Assembly (NCBI GenBank): GCA_963806225.1
Contig: CAWDXG010000004.1
Span: 5,024,001 to 5,088,000, forward strand
From: an uncultured delta proteobacterium
GTDB lineage: Bacteria; Myxococcota_A; Polyangia; Polyangiales; Polyangiaceae
Length of the DNA stretch: 64,000 nucleotides
Direction of reading: 5' to 3'
Shown here: positions 17,995 to 28,173 of the stretch, one piece after another
Layout of the letters: each line of letters begins with the position of its first letter
Position numbering within the stretch: position 1 is the stretch's first letter
Program-made: the position numbers and the translations under genes
Notes under the pieces: generated by a model
What the model was told of the DNA's origin: nothing
Databases searched by the model: none
What the model saw: only the letters and a program-made list of their open reading frames with translations

Positions 17995-19392
17995 ATGGCA
18001 CGAGAGCAACAACGGTACAGGGTCCTCGAGAAGATCGCTTCCGGCGGCATGGCGGAAGTCTTTCGAGCGGAAAGCGCCGGCCTCGAAGGCTTCAAGAAGA
18101 TCGTCGCCATCAAGCGCGTTCTTCCGCACCTTTCGGAGAAAAAGCAGTTCATCGGGATGTTCCTCGATGAAGCGCGATTGAGCGCTCATCTGTCCCATTC
18201 GAACGTCGCCCAGGTCTTCGATATCGGCGTCGGCGACAACACGTACTTCATCGTCATGGAGTACGTCGATGGGGCCGACCTCAAGGCGATCATCGAGCGG
18301 CACAAGAAGCAGAACCAGCTCGTCCCCATCGAAGAAGCCTGTTTGATCTGCGTGCGCATCTGCGAGGGGCTCGCCTACGCGCACGAGCTCATGGACTCGA
18401 ACGGGCGCCGCATCGGCGTCGTGCATCGCGACATGTCGCCGCCGAACGTGCTCATCACCCGTCACGGCGAGGTGAAGATCGTGGACTTCGGGCTGGCGAA
18501 AGCGAACAGCCAGCTGGAAAAGAGCGAACCCGGCATCATCAAGGGCAAGTTCAGCTATCTGTCGCCCGAGGCCGCGCTGGGCAAGCCGGTGGACGCGCGG
18601 ACCGATATTTTCGCCGTAGGCATTATCCTGTGGGAAATGCTGGCGGGCCGGCGCCTGTTCATGGGCGAAACGGATCTCGAGACGGTGCGCCAGGTGCAGG
18701 CCGCGCGCGTGCCGCCGATCCGGCAGTTCAATCCGAACGTCACGCCGCAGCTCGAGGCCGTGTTGGCCCGCTCGCTCGCACAGAACCCCGACGACCGCTA
18801 CCAGACGGCGCGGGATCTGGGCCAGGACCTGAACCAGATGATGTTCCATCTGGGGCGGCCCGTCTCGTCCTTCGACATCGCGCAGCTCGTGAACCCGGTC
18901 GTGCACGAGCGGGAAGAGGAGCGCGAGCAGAAGAGGCTCGAGGATCGCGGCTCCATCATCGGGTCGCTCATCGACGAGGCACTCATCGAATTCAGCTCGC
19001 TGCAGGGCGACGACAGCGACAGCTCGAAGGCGATGGCGCCGCTGGTTCTGGGCAGCTTCGAGAGCGCGCAGGACTGGGCCAACGATCTCGATCTGGGCCG
19101 GGGCCAGGAGGCACCCTCGGCGAGGTTCGAGGTGGGCAACCTGGCCGCCCTGGAGGACGACGTACCCTCGCGCCGTCGCTCATCGGATCTGCCGAGCGAT
19201 CCGTCGGTGCCGTTGGTCCAGACACCTCCCCCGGCGCAGGCTCCCCACGGGGATCCGGCGCCTCCCGCCGTCGCCGAGCAGAAGAGCGGCAAGGGCGGCA
19301 TGATCGCGCTCCTCCTGCTCCTGGTGGTCGTCGCGGCGCTGGCAGGGGCCTACTTCAAGGGCCTCATCCCCCCGAATCTGATCCCGCACTAG
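17995..19392 (+). CDS. Ser/Thr protein kinase with C-terminal TM anchor
   Basis: IASGGMAEVF, VAIKR, HRDMSPPN, DFGLAK, GKFSYLSPE. Confidence 0.93.
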   Translation: MAREQQRYRVLEKIASGGMAEVFRAESAGLEGFKKIVAIKRVLPHLSEKKQFIGMFLDEARLSAHLSHSNVAQVFDIGVGDNTYFIVMEYVDGADLKAIIERHKKQNQLVPIEEACLICVRICEGLAYAHELMDSNGRRIGVVHRDMSPPNVLITRHGEVKIVDFGLAKANSQLEKSEPGIIKGKFSYLSPEAALGKPVDARTDIFAVGIILWEMLAGRRLFMGETDLETVRQVQAARVPPIRQFNPNVTPQLEAVLARSLAQNPDDRYQTARDLGQDLNQMMFHLGRPVSSFDIAQLVNPVVHEREEEREQKRLEDRGSIIGSLIDEALIEFSSLQGDDSDSSKAMAPLVLGSFESAQDWANDLDLGRGQEAPSARFEVGNLAALEDDVPSRRRSSDLPSDPSVPLVQTPPPAQAPHGDPAPPAVAEQKSGKGGMIALLLLLVVVAALAGAYFKGLIPPNLIPH

Positions 19393-19438
19393 CCGGCTGG
19401 TCCGGTCGCGTGGCGTCTACTCGCTGTCCGCGACCGCC

Positions 19439-20092
19439 TCAGTCGCCGGCTTCGGCTTCGGCTTCGGGGCGCGGGTGGGACGGCTGGCTCTTGTCGTCGC
19501 CCTCCTCCTTTTCGCGCGCCGCGCGCTCGGCCGCCAGACGCTGCAGCACCTGCGGCTTGGGAGCGATCGTGAGGCTCATCGTCCGGCCTTCCATCGTCGG
19601 CCGCTGCTCGACGTTGGCCAGCTCCTCGGTGTTCTTGATGATGTAGTCGAGCTGCATCTGTGCGCGCTCGGGATGTGTGATCTCGCGGCCGCGGAAACGC
19701 ACCGTGAGCTTCACCTTGTTGCCGGACTCGAGGAACTTGCGGGCCGCGCGGACCTTCACGTTCAGATCGTGATCGTCCGTCTTCGGGCGCAGCTTCAGCT
19801 CCTTCACCTCGACCACGGTCTGCTTGCGTTTGGCCTCGCGCTGCTTCTTCTTTTCCTCGTACTTGTACTTGCCGAAATCGAGGATCTTGCAGACCGGTGG
19901 GCTTCCCTTGGGATTGACCTCGACCAGGTCGAGCCCGCGTGACTGCGCTTCGCGCAGTGCCTCGTCGGTCGGCAGAACGCCGAGGTTGGTACCGTCTTCC
20001 ATGACTACGCGAACTTCGGGCACGCGAATCCGGTGGTTGATCCGGATCTGCGGGCCTCGCGGTTCCCGACTGAATCGTCGCCCCATTGCCAT
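19439..20092 (-). CDS. infC: Translation initiation factor IF-3
   Basis: INHRIRVPEVR, LDLVEV, PPVCKILDFGKYKYE, KELKLRP, FRGRE; downstream of thrS. Confidence 0.97.
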   Translation of the reverse strand: MAMGRRFSREPRGPQIRINHRIRVPEVRVVMEDGTNLGVLPTDEALREAQSRGLDLVEVNPKGSPPVCKILDFGKYKYEEKKKQREAKRKQTVVEVKELKLRPKTDDHDLNVKVRAARKFLESGNKVKLTVRFRGREITHPERAQMQLDYIIKNTEELANVEQRPTMEGRTMSLTIAPKPQVLQRLAAERAAREKEEGDDKSQPSHPRPEAEAEAGD

Positions 20093-20143
20093 GCGGTTGT
20101 CTTCTCTCGTCCTTTCCCCGGTCGCGCCTTCGCAGCCGGCCTG

Positions 20144-22141
20144 TCAGCTCCGATCCGCGCCGACGCGCGGTGGCCGCGCTTCGCGGACCAATCTCTCGGC
20201 AAAGTCGGTGACGGACATCGCCCCGAGCTCGCCTTCATCTCTCGATCGCGGTGCGACACTGTCGCTCTCCGCTTCTTTCTCGCCGATCACCACGATGTAG
20301 GGCGTGCGCATCAGGCGGGCATTGCGGATCTTCGCGCCGAGCTTGTCGGCGCCGGCGTCCACGCCGACGCGAAGCCCGCGCGCTACAAGCGCTTCGCGGA
20401 CCTTCGCGGCGTAGTCGGCCTGTTTCTCGCTCACCGTCACCAGTGTCGCCTGTTCCGGCGCGAGCCAGACCGGGAATTTTCCGGCCACGTGCTCGATGTA
20501 CATGCCGAAGAAGCGCTCGATCGAGCCGAGGATGGCCCGGTGCAGCATGACCGGACGATGGGCTTCGCCGTCGCTTCCCACGTACTCGAGGCCGAACCGC
20601 TCCGGCAGCCCGTAGTCCACCTGGATTGTTCCGAGCTGCCAGCTCCGGCCCAGCGCGTCCACGATGTGGAACTCGAGCTTCGGTCCGTAGAACGCTCCCT
20701 CGCCCGGCAGCTTCTCGAAGTCGATCTTCGAGTCGATCAGCACGCGCTCGAGCACGCCTTCGGCGTTGTCCCACAGCTCGTCGGAGCCGATGCGCTTCTC
20801 GGGGCGCAGCGCCAGCTTGACCGCCACGTCCTTGAAATCGAATGCCGAATAGACCTCGAACAAGAGCTGGTTGAAGGAGCGGATCTCCTCGCCCATCTGC
20901 TCCGGCGTGCAGAAGATGTGCGCGTCGTCCTGGCAGAAGCTCCTGACACGGGCCAGCCCGTGCACCACGCCGCCGCGCTCGTAGCGGTGCAGCCTGCCGA
21001 AGTCCGCAACCCGCCACGGCAGCTCCCGATAGCTCCTCCTGCGCTGCCCGAAGATCAGGCAGTGGCTCGGGCAGTTCATCGGCTTCTGCCCCAGCGCATC
21101 GAGTGCCGGGTGATGGTGCTCGTGCTCGCCTGCCGACTCCGCTGGAACGTCCAGTCCGACGCCGGCCGCCGCCGAATCCAGCATGTCCGCCGTCACGGGC
21201 AGGTACATGTTGTCGCGGTAGTTCGCCAGGTGCCCGCTGGTCGAAAACAGCCGGTTGTCGAAGATCTGCGGGGTGATGACTTCTTCGTAGCCGTAGTCGA
21301 CGTACAGCTCGCGCACGTAGTCGATGAGCCGGTTGTAGATGCCGGCGCCCCGCGGCAGGAAGAACGGCATCGCCGGCGCGTACTCGTGGAACATGAAAAG
21401 CTCGAGCTCCTTGCCGAGCTTCCGGTGGTCGCGCGCGCGCGCTTCTTCGAGCAGCTTCAGGTGTTCATCCAGCTCTTCCTGGGTCGGGAACGCGGTCCCG
21501 TAGATCCGCTGGAGCATCGGGTTGTGCTCGTCGCCGCGCCAGTACGCACCGGCGACGCTGGTGAGCTTGACTGCACCCAGATGCCGGGTCGCGGGTACGT
21601 GCGGGCCTTCGCAGAGATCGACCCAGTTCGTCTCGAGCTTCTCCGGACGGCCGTGGCGGTACAGCGAGATGCGTTCGCCCTCGGGGATCGACTCCAGGAT
21701 CTCGAGCTTGTACTTCTCGCCCATGCCCTCGAAGAGCTGGTGCGCTTCCTCGCGCGAGACTTCCTGCCGGTAGAAGGGAACGTTCTGCTTGATGATGCGG
21801 CGCATCTCCTTTTCGATGCGCGCGAGGTCCTTGTCGCTGAACGGGCCTTCGGGGCGATCGAAGTCGTAGTAGAAGCCCGAGTCGATGGCCGGGCCGATGG
21901 TGACCTGGGTGCCGGGGAACAGCCGCTGCACCGCGTCCGCCATCACGTGCGCGGCGGAATGCCGGATGATGGGCAGCGCGGCTTTGTCCTTCCAGCGAAC
22001 GGGAGTGATGTCGGCATCCGGGGCGATCGGCGTGTGCAGGTCCACCAGCCTTCCGTTGATCCGGACGGCGACGATATCGCCCTCGAGCTGCCCTTTCTGA
22101 GAAAGCAGCTCGCGCGGCGTGCGGCGCAGAGACTCCGCCAT
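20144..22141 (-). CDS. thrS: Threonine--tRNA ligase
   Basis: RHSAAH, DLCEGPH, AGAYWRGD, RDHRKLG, KPMNCP, GAFYGPK, MLHRAILGSIERF. Confidence 0.98.
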   Translation of the reverse strand: MAESLRRTPRELLSQKGQLEGDIVAVRINGRLVDLHTPIAPDADITPVRWKDKAALPIIRHSAAHVMADAVQRLFPGTQVTIGPAIDSGFYYDFDRPEGPFSDKDLARIEKEMRRIIKQNVPFYRQEVSREEAHQLFEGMGEKYKLEILESIPEGERISLYRHGRPEKLETNWVDLCEGPHVPATRHLGAVKLTSVAGAYWRGDEHNPMLQRIYGTAFPTQEELDEHLKLLEEARARDHRKLGKELELFMFHEYAPAMPFFLPRGAGIYNRLIDYVRELYVDYGYEEVITPQIFDNRLFSTSGHLANYRDNMYLPVTADMLDSAAAGVGLDVPAESAGEHEHHHPALDALGQKPMNCPSHCLIFGQRRRSYRELPWRVADFGRLHRYERGGVVHGLARVRSFCQDDAHIFCTPEQMGEEIRSFNQLLFEVYSAFDFKDVAVKLALRPEKRIGSDELWDNAEGVLERVLIDSKIDFEKLPGEGAFYGPKLEFHIVDALGRSWQLGTIQVDYGLPERFGLEYVGSDGEAHRPVMLHRAILGSIERFFGMYIEHVAGKFPVWLAPEQATLVTVSEKQADYAAKVREALVARGLRVGVDAGADKLGAKIRNARLMRTPYIVVIGEKEAESDSVAPRSRDEGELGAMSVTDFAERLVREARPPRVGADRS

Positions 22142-22270
22142 GAGGCTAGGAAGTCATGGCCACGGACCGCTCGCCACGAAAGAGGACAGACTCGTTTTGT
22201 GCTGCCGCGCGCCCCTCGAAGAACACGGAGGCCGGGTCCCTGGGAGCCTCGCGACGAGCAACAAGCGGAG

Positions 22271-22342
<72 letters not shown>

Positions 22343-22562
22343 GAGGACCGGCGAAGCCGGAGCCATGATTCTTTGCCTGTCCGAGATGCAGGGGGCGATC
22401 AACTACATCCGGCCCTCCAGGCTGTCAAGGCTTGGCAAGGGCGCGGCTCGGCCTTGGGGAAAGCGTCTGTTCAGTACCGCTCCGTCCTCTGCCCGGCGCT
22501 GGGCCGCCTTGCTTGCGCGACCACCATAAAGTCGCTATAGGCCGGCCCTCCTGGAGGAGACC

Positions 22563-23003
22563 TTGGGTTCCCCGCTCCTAGCATTTCAGGCAGTTCCCCC
22601 CGCGCCCGGTCGACCCGCGGCGCCGGGCGCTGCACCTGCAAAACAACACACCACCCAGCCGGCGCCGCCGGCGGGCAATGCACATCAGGGGGCTCCCCCG
22701 CCGAAGAGCGAGCCGCCCAGCACGCTGGGCATGCTGTTCCCGCTGCTTCTGCTGGTGCCGCTCCTCATCCTGATGTTCTGGTCGACCCGCTCGCAGCACA
22801 AGAAGCAACAGCAAGCGGTCGCGACGTTGAAGAAGGGCGATCGGGTGCTCACCCAGAGCGGGCTCGTGGGCAAGCTCATCGAGCTGGGAGACCGCTACGC
22901 CAAGGTCGAAGTCGCTCCAGGCGTCAAGGTCGACATCCTCAAATCCGGTCTGGTCGGCAAGGACAACGCCGAGAACGCCAGCGCCGTCGAGAAGAAGAAG
23001 TAG
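22563..23003 (+). CDS. yajC: Preprotein translocase subunit YajC
   Basis: TM helix followed by LKKGDRVLTQSGLVG; precedes secD; GGAGG SD before the TTG. Confidence 0.92.
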   Translation: MGSPLLAFQAVPPAPGRPAAPGAAPAKQHTTQPAPPAGNAHQGAPPPKSEPPSTLGMLFPLLLLVPLLILMFWSTRSQHKKQQQAVATLKKGDRVLTQSGLVGKLIELGDRYAKVEVAPGVKVDILKSGLVGKDNAENASAVEKKK

Positions 23004-23060
23004 GCTCCGGACCCCCGGATCCGGCAGGCGGCATCAGAGAACCAGGGGACCTACCAGCCC

Positions 23061-25166
23061 GTGACCAATACCGTTCTCCAGTATGTGTTTGCGGGCATCA
23101 GTGCCCTGCTCTTCATCGCGGGCTACGTGCGCCGGCCGCACCGCATCGCATTCTGGTTCGGCGCCATCTGTGCGGCGTCGGCCGCTGCGGGCGCCCACTA
23201 CGACGCGTTCTGGACGCTCGCCAGCTTCGGCATCCTGACGCTGTGGGCGTTCATCGCCGGTCTCGGTGTGCTCGACCTCGGCTGGCGCATGCGCTTCGGC
23301 CTGGTCGTCAGCGTGTGCATCCTCGCGTTCCTTTCGCTGTGGCCCACGCTCTTCAACATGTCGAAGGGCAAGATTCCCTGCCCGACCTACATCCAGAAGC
23401 ACGTTAGCTCACGCCTGGTTGCGGGTCTCGACCTGAGGGGCGGGCTCAGGCTCGTCTACACGGTCAACGTCGACGAGGCCATCAAGGACAAGCGCGACAA
23501 CTACTACGAGGACATGCGCGCGCAGCTGGCGAAGCTGTACGGCCTGTACAAGGGAGACGAGCAGCCGAGCGACGCGGTCTTTGCGAAACTCCGCAAGAAG
23601 ATCGAGGTCGAGGCGCCCCACCATCCCGCCAACGAGATCACGATCCACGTCGCCGATGGCGTGGACCCGACGAAGATCGACACGCGCTTCCTCATGCAGT
23701 TCGGCACTGACATGAGCTTTTCCCGAAGCGCGAACGGGCGCGACTTCAAGTTCCGCATCAAGAACTCGGTGGAGAGCCAGATCCGGGACCGCGCGGTGGA
23801 GCAGGCGCGCCAGATCATCCTGCGCCGCATCGACGAGCTGGGTCTGCGCGAAGCCTCTGTCTCCACGCGCGACGAGGACATCATCGTCGAGGTTCCAGGC
23901 AAGAGCGAGAAGAGCTTCAAGCGCATCCGCGACATCATCAGCCAGACGGCGCGTCTCGAGTTCAAGCTGCTCGACGACGAGGAGGACTTCCTGGGCCCGA
24001 TCTCCAAGAAGGCGAGCCCCGAGAGTCTGCCCAAAGGGCTCGACTTCCGGCAGGAAGACGCGCCCGTCGGCCTCGACGACAACGGAGACATCAAGCACAA
24101 CCGGATCACGTATGCGTTCCTCGCTCTGCAGAAGGACGAGTTGCCCCAACACGCGCTGCAGCGGTTCAAGGAGTGGGCGGCGACGCTGGAGCTCCCTCCC
24201 GATCGCGAGCTTGGCTACGAGATCGTCTACAAGACCAACCCCGACACCTTGAAGCAGACCGCGTCGGGATGGCGGACCTACCTGCTCAAGAGCCACGCCG
24301 ACATCACCGGCGACATGATCCGCGACGCGCAGGCCCAGCCGGACCAGTCCCGGGGCGGCCTGGGCGGCTGGCACGTTGCGCTCACGTTCACCGCCGAGGG
24401 CGGCAACATCTTCGAGCGCATCACGGGTGCGAACATCAAGCGTCGCTTCGCCATCATCCTCGACAACCGCGTCGAGAGCGCGCCGGTGATCCAGTCGCGC
24501 ATCCCCGGCGGGCACGCCCAGATCACGATGGGCGCGGGCGACCCGCAGGTCCAGCTGGAGGACTCGCGGAAGCTGGAGTTGGTGCTGCGCTCGGGCGCGC
24601 TGCCGGCGCCGATCTCGCCGTCGAACGAACAGCGCATCGGTCCTTCCCTGGGCAAAACGTCCATCAAGCTCGGCGTCCAGGGAGCCATCGGCGGTGGCTT
24701 CCTGGTGCTGATGTTCATGTTCATCTACTACCAGCGCGCCGGCCTCATCGCGAACACCGCGGTGAGCATGAACCTGTTCCTGCAGCTGGCCATCCTGGCG
24801 TCGTTCGGTGCATCGATGACCCTGCCAGGCATCGCGGGGCTTGCGCTCACTATAGGTATGAGCGTGGACGCCAACGTGCTGATCAACGAACGAATACGCG
24901 AGGAGTTACGTTCGGGGAAGAGTTCGCGCGCGGCGGTCGAAGTCGGGTTCGGCAAAGCGCTGAGCGCCATCGTCGACGGCCAGGTCACCACGCTGATTTC
25001 CGGCATCATCCTCGCTCAGTACGGCACCGGGCCGATCAAGGGCTTTGCCGTCACGTTGTGCTTCGGCGTCATCTGCAGCGTGTTCACCGGCGTGGTCGTG
25101 AGCCGCGTACTGTTCGACCTGTGGGTTCGCGGCTTCGGTCGTAATGCCAAGCTGGATATGGGCTGA
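23061..25166 (+). CDS. secD: Protein translocase subunit SecD
   Basis: GLDLRGG, RRIDELG, AIILD, LRSGALP, IGPSLG, GMSVDANVLINERIREE. Confidence 0.97.
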   Translation: MTNTVLQYVFAGISALLFIAGYVRRPHRIAFWFGAICAASAAAGAHYDAFWTLASFGILTLWAFIAGLGVLDLGWRMRFGLVVSVCILAFLSLWPTLFNMSKGKIPCPTYIQKHVSSRLVAGLDLRGGLRLVYTVNVDEAIKDKRDNYYEDMRAQLAKLYGLYKGDEQPSDAVFAKLRKKIEVEAPHHPANEITIHVADGVDPTKIDTRFLMQFGTDMSFSRSANGRDFKFRIKNSVESQIRDRAVEQARQIILRRIDELGLREASVSTRDEDIIVEVPGKSEKSFKRIRDIISQTARLEFKLLDDEEDFLGPISKKASPESLPKGLDFRQEDAPVGLDDNGDIKHNRITYAFLALQKDELPQHALQRFKEWAATLELPPDRELGYEIVYKTNPDTLKQTASGWRTYLLKSHADITGDMIRDAQAQPDQSRGGLGGWHVALTFTAEGGNIFERITGANIKRRFAIILDNRVESAPVIQSRIPGGHAQITMGAGDPQVQLEDSRKLELVLRSGALPAPISPSNEQRIGPSLGKTSIKLGVQGAIGGGFLVLMFMFIYYQRAGLIANTAVSMNLFLQLAILASFGASMTLPGIAGLALTIGMSVDANVLINERIREELRSGKSSRAAVEVGFGKALSAIVDGQVTTLISGIILAQYGTGPIKGFAVTLCFGVICSVFTGVVVSRVLFDLWVRGFGRNAKLDMG

Positions 25167-25169
25167 TCG

Positions 25170-26402
25170 ATGCAGCTATTCCCTGTCGGCAAGACCTTCA
25201 ACTTCATGGGCAACCGCCGTTGGTTCATCGGCGCCAGCCTGCTGTTTGTCCTCACGTCGCTCGCCCTCATCGTCTATCCCGGCCCCAAGCTCGGTACGGA
25301 CTTCCAGGGCGGCACCGAGATCGAGGTCGCGTTCAAGAAGCCGGTGGACGGCCCCGCCATCCGCAAGGCCGTCACGGCAGCCGGCTTCTCGCGGCCGGAC
25401 GTCATCCACGTCAACGATTCGAAAGAGCAGAATCGCTACCTGATCCGCGTCCAGGACATCTCGACCATCAGCGCGGCGACACAGAACCAGATCGAGCGTG
25501 CGCTGTGTTTCGGCAAGAATCTGCCGGCCGCACAGTGCCCCAAGGACCACAGCGCCAGCGAGGTCAAGTTCAGCCCCGGCGGCGACAAGATCACGGTTCG
25601 CTACGGTGCCGCTCCGGATCTCGACTGGATCAAGAAGCGGATGACCGGCATCCGCGGTGTCGAGCTGCGCGAGGGGAAGAACAACCCCACCGTCCAGAGC
25701 GCCCGCGACCACAAGGTCGAGATCCAGCTCAAGAGCAAGGGCGATCAGCTGATGGACGCGATGCGTCGTCGGCTGGGCTCGGACACCGTGCCGGCCACAG
25801 CCCTGCGCGTCGAGTGGATCGGGCCGAAGGCCGGCGCCCAGCTGCGTGATGCGGCACTGCGCAGTATCGCCATCTCGCTCGTCTTCATCATGGCGTACAT
25901 CGCGTTCCGCTTCGACCTGCGCTTTGCGCCGGGCGCGGTGCTCGCCCTGATGCACGACGCGATCAACACCATCGGAGTGCTGATCCTGCTGGGGAAGGAG
26001 GTGAACCTGCCCACTGTGGCGGCCATCCTTACCATCGTCGGCTACTCGGTGAACGACACGGTCGTCGTCTACGACCGCGTGCGCGAGAACCTCGGCAGGC
26101 TGCGCGGTGCGACGTTCGACAACATCATCAACATCAGCCTCTCCGAGATGCTGAGCCGCACCATCCTGACCAGCGCGACGACCGTGATCAGCTTGCTGGC
26201 GTTCTTCTTCCGCGGCACCGGCACGCTGAAGGACTTCGCGCTGACACTCGTGGTCGGCATCGTGTTCGGCACGTATTCCTCCATCTACGTGGCGCTGCCG
26301 CTCACCGAGTGGCTGGACAAGCTCTTCTTCGCCAGGGTGGGCAAGAAGCGCAAGGGCAAGAAGGCCGCGCGCTCCAGCAAGAAGGCGTCCGCGACCGCCT
26401 GA
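25170..26402 (+). CDS. secF: Protein translocase subunit SecF
   Basis: GTDFQGG, IGPKAG, YIAFRF, HDA, GYSVNDTVVVYDRVRE, RTILTS, GTYSSIYVA. Confidence 0.97.
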   Translation: MQLFPVGKTFNFMGNRRWFIGASLLFVLTSLALIVYPGPKLGTDFQGGTEIEVAFKKPVDGPAIRKAVTAAGFSRPDVIHVNDSKEQNRYLIRVQDISTISAATQNQIERALCFGKNLPAAQCPKDHSASEVKFSPGGDKITVRYGAAPDLDWIKKRMTGIRGVELREGKNNPTVQSARDHKVEIQLKSKGDQLMDAMRRRLGSDTVPATALRVEWIGPKAGAQLRDAALRSIAISLVFIMAYIAFRFDLRFAPGAVLALMHDAINTIGVLILLGKEVNLPTVAAILTIVGYSVNDTVVVYDRVRENLGRLRGATFDNIINISLSEMLSRTILTSATTVISLLAFFFRGTGTLKDFALTLVVGIVFGTYSSIYVALPLTEWLDKLFFARVGKKRKGKKAARSSKKASATA

Positions 26403-26446
26403 CGGCGTTGACAGTCGAGGTCCGGCGCGCCGAAGATGGCCGCCGC

Positions 26447-28136
26447 ATGCCGTCCGACTCGCCCCTGCGACCGCTTCCGCCACCTCCGGGCGATGCGGCG
26501 CGCGAGCTCGGACGCGCGCTGTCGCTCACCACTACCGTCGCGGACCTCCTGTACCGTCGCGGCCACTTCGAGCCGGGTGCGACGCAGCGGTTCCTCGAGC
26601 CGAAGCTGGCCGACCTGACGCCGCCGGACGGGATGGCCGATCGCGCGCTGGCTGCCGAGCGGATTGTCGGTGCAGTGAAGCGAGGCGAGCGGATCTGCGT
26701 CTTCGGCGACTACGACTGCGACGGCATCACGTCCGCGGCCATCATGACCGAGCTCTGCCGGGCGGTGGGCGGCGAGGTCGTGCCCCTGCTCGCGAGCCGC
26801 TTCGACGGGGGCTACGGCGTGTCTCCAGCGGCGGTGGAGCGCATCGTCGCATCCGGTGCGCGCCTGCTGGTCACCTGCGACTGCGGGTCCTCCGATCACG
26901 CGACGCTCGCGGACGTGCGGTCGCGCGGGATCGACATCATCGTCATCGATCACCATCTCGTTCCGCCCGAGCCGCTGCCCGCTCTGGCGTTCCTCAACCC
27001 GCACCGGGACGATTGCGCATTTCCCTACAAGGGGCTCGCCTCCTGCGGCCTCGCCTTGAGCGTGGGGGCCGCGCTCAGGGCCGAGCTGTTGCCTGGGCTC
27101 GATCTCAGGCAGTGGCTCGACCTGGTCGCGATCGGCACCATCGCCGACGTGGCGCCGCTGGACGGCGACAATCGCGCGCTGGTGCGCGCTGGGCTCGCGC
27201 GCCTCGCCGAGGGGCGGCGGCCCGGCGTGCGCGCGCTCTGCGAGCTGGCGAAAATCGACGCGAGCTCACCGCTCACGGGCGAGGACGTCGCGTTCCGCAT
27301 CGCGCCCCGGATCAATGCGCCGGGCCGGCTCGGGCCGCCGGATCTCAGCGCTCGAACTCCTGCTCAGCCGTACGCACGAGGAGGCGCGCGCCCTGGCCGC
27401 CAGCATCGAGCAGCTGCAGACCGAACGCAGAGCACAGCAGGAACGCATCCTCGCTGAAGCCGTCGAGGAGATCGAACGCGAGGGCTGGGCCGAACGCCCG
27501 GCGATCGTCGTCGGACGCGAAGGCTGGAACCACGGCATTGTCGGCATCGCCGCGGGCCGGCTCGCCAGTCGCTACGGGCGCCCGGTGATCGTCGTGGGCT
27601 TCGACGGCGAGCGCGGCCGCGGCTCGGTGCGCGGGCCCGAGGGTGCACGCCTGCACGACGCGCTGCGCTCGGCCAGCGAGGCGCTCGAACGCTACGGCGG
27701 GCACCAGGCTGCCGCGGGCGTCGAGGTCCGGCTCGCGCGACTCGGCGAGCTCCGCGAGCGCTTCGAGCACGCCTGCGCAAACCAGGAACCTGCGGAGGAG
27801 CTGGCCGCGGCCGCCGACGTGGCGTGGCTGTGCCCCGAAGACGAGCCGGGGCAGGTGGTGAGCGACCTCATGCGCCTCGAGCCGTGCGGTGCCGGCAATC
27901 CCGCTCCGCAGGTTATCGTACGAGCCGAGGTCGTCTCGTCGCGCGAGGTCAGGGGAGGCCATCTCAAGCTGGAGCTCTCGCTGGCCGGCGGGCAGCGCAT
28001 GGGCGCTTTCGGCGTGCGCATGGGAGACCGGGCTGAAAGCCTCACCGGGCAGGTGCTCGTGGTGGGGCGCCTGCGCCGCGACACCTGGCGAGGCGCAGGC
28101 GCCGTCGAGATCCGCGCCGACGAAATCCACGCCTGA
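26447..28136 (+). CDS. recJ: Single-stranded-DNA exonuclease RecJ, split by a +1 frameshift near 27347
   Basis: GDYDCDG, TCDCG, DHH, GTIADV and PRINAPGRL in ORF 26309..27457; HGIVGI, GSVR, GGHQAAAG and EPCGAGNP in ORF 27315..28136. Confidence 0.92.
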
Positions 28137-28173
28137 AGCGCATGGGCTCTGCGTGCTAGCTTTCGGCGGGAAA

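Noticed and set aside
22142..22270. tRNA-Thr-mimicking thrS operator or T-box
   Set aside because: Some CGU-containing weak hairpins exist, but no convincing 7-nt anticodon-like loop or T-box consensus could be supported by eye
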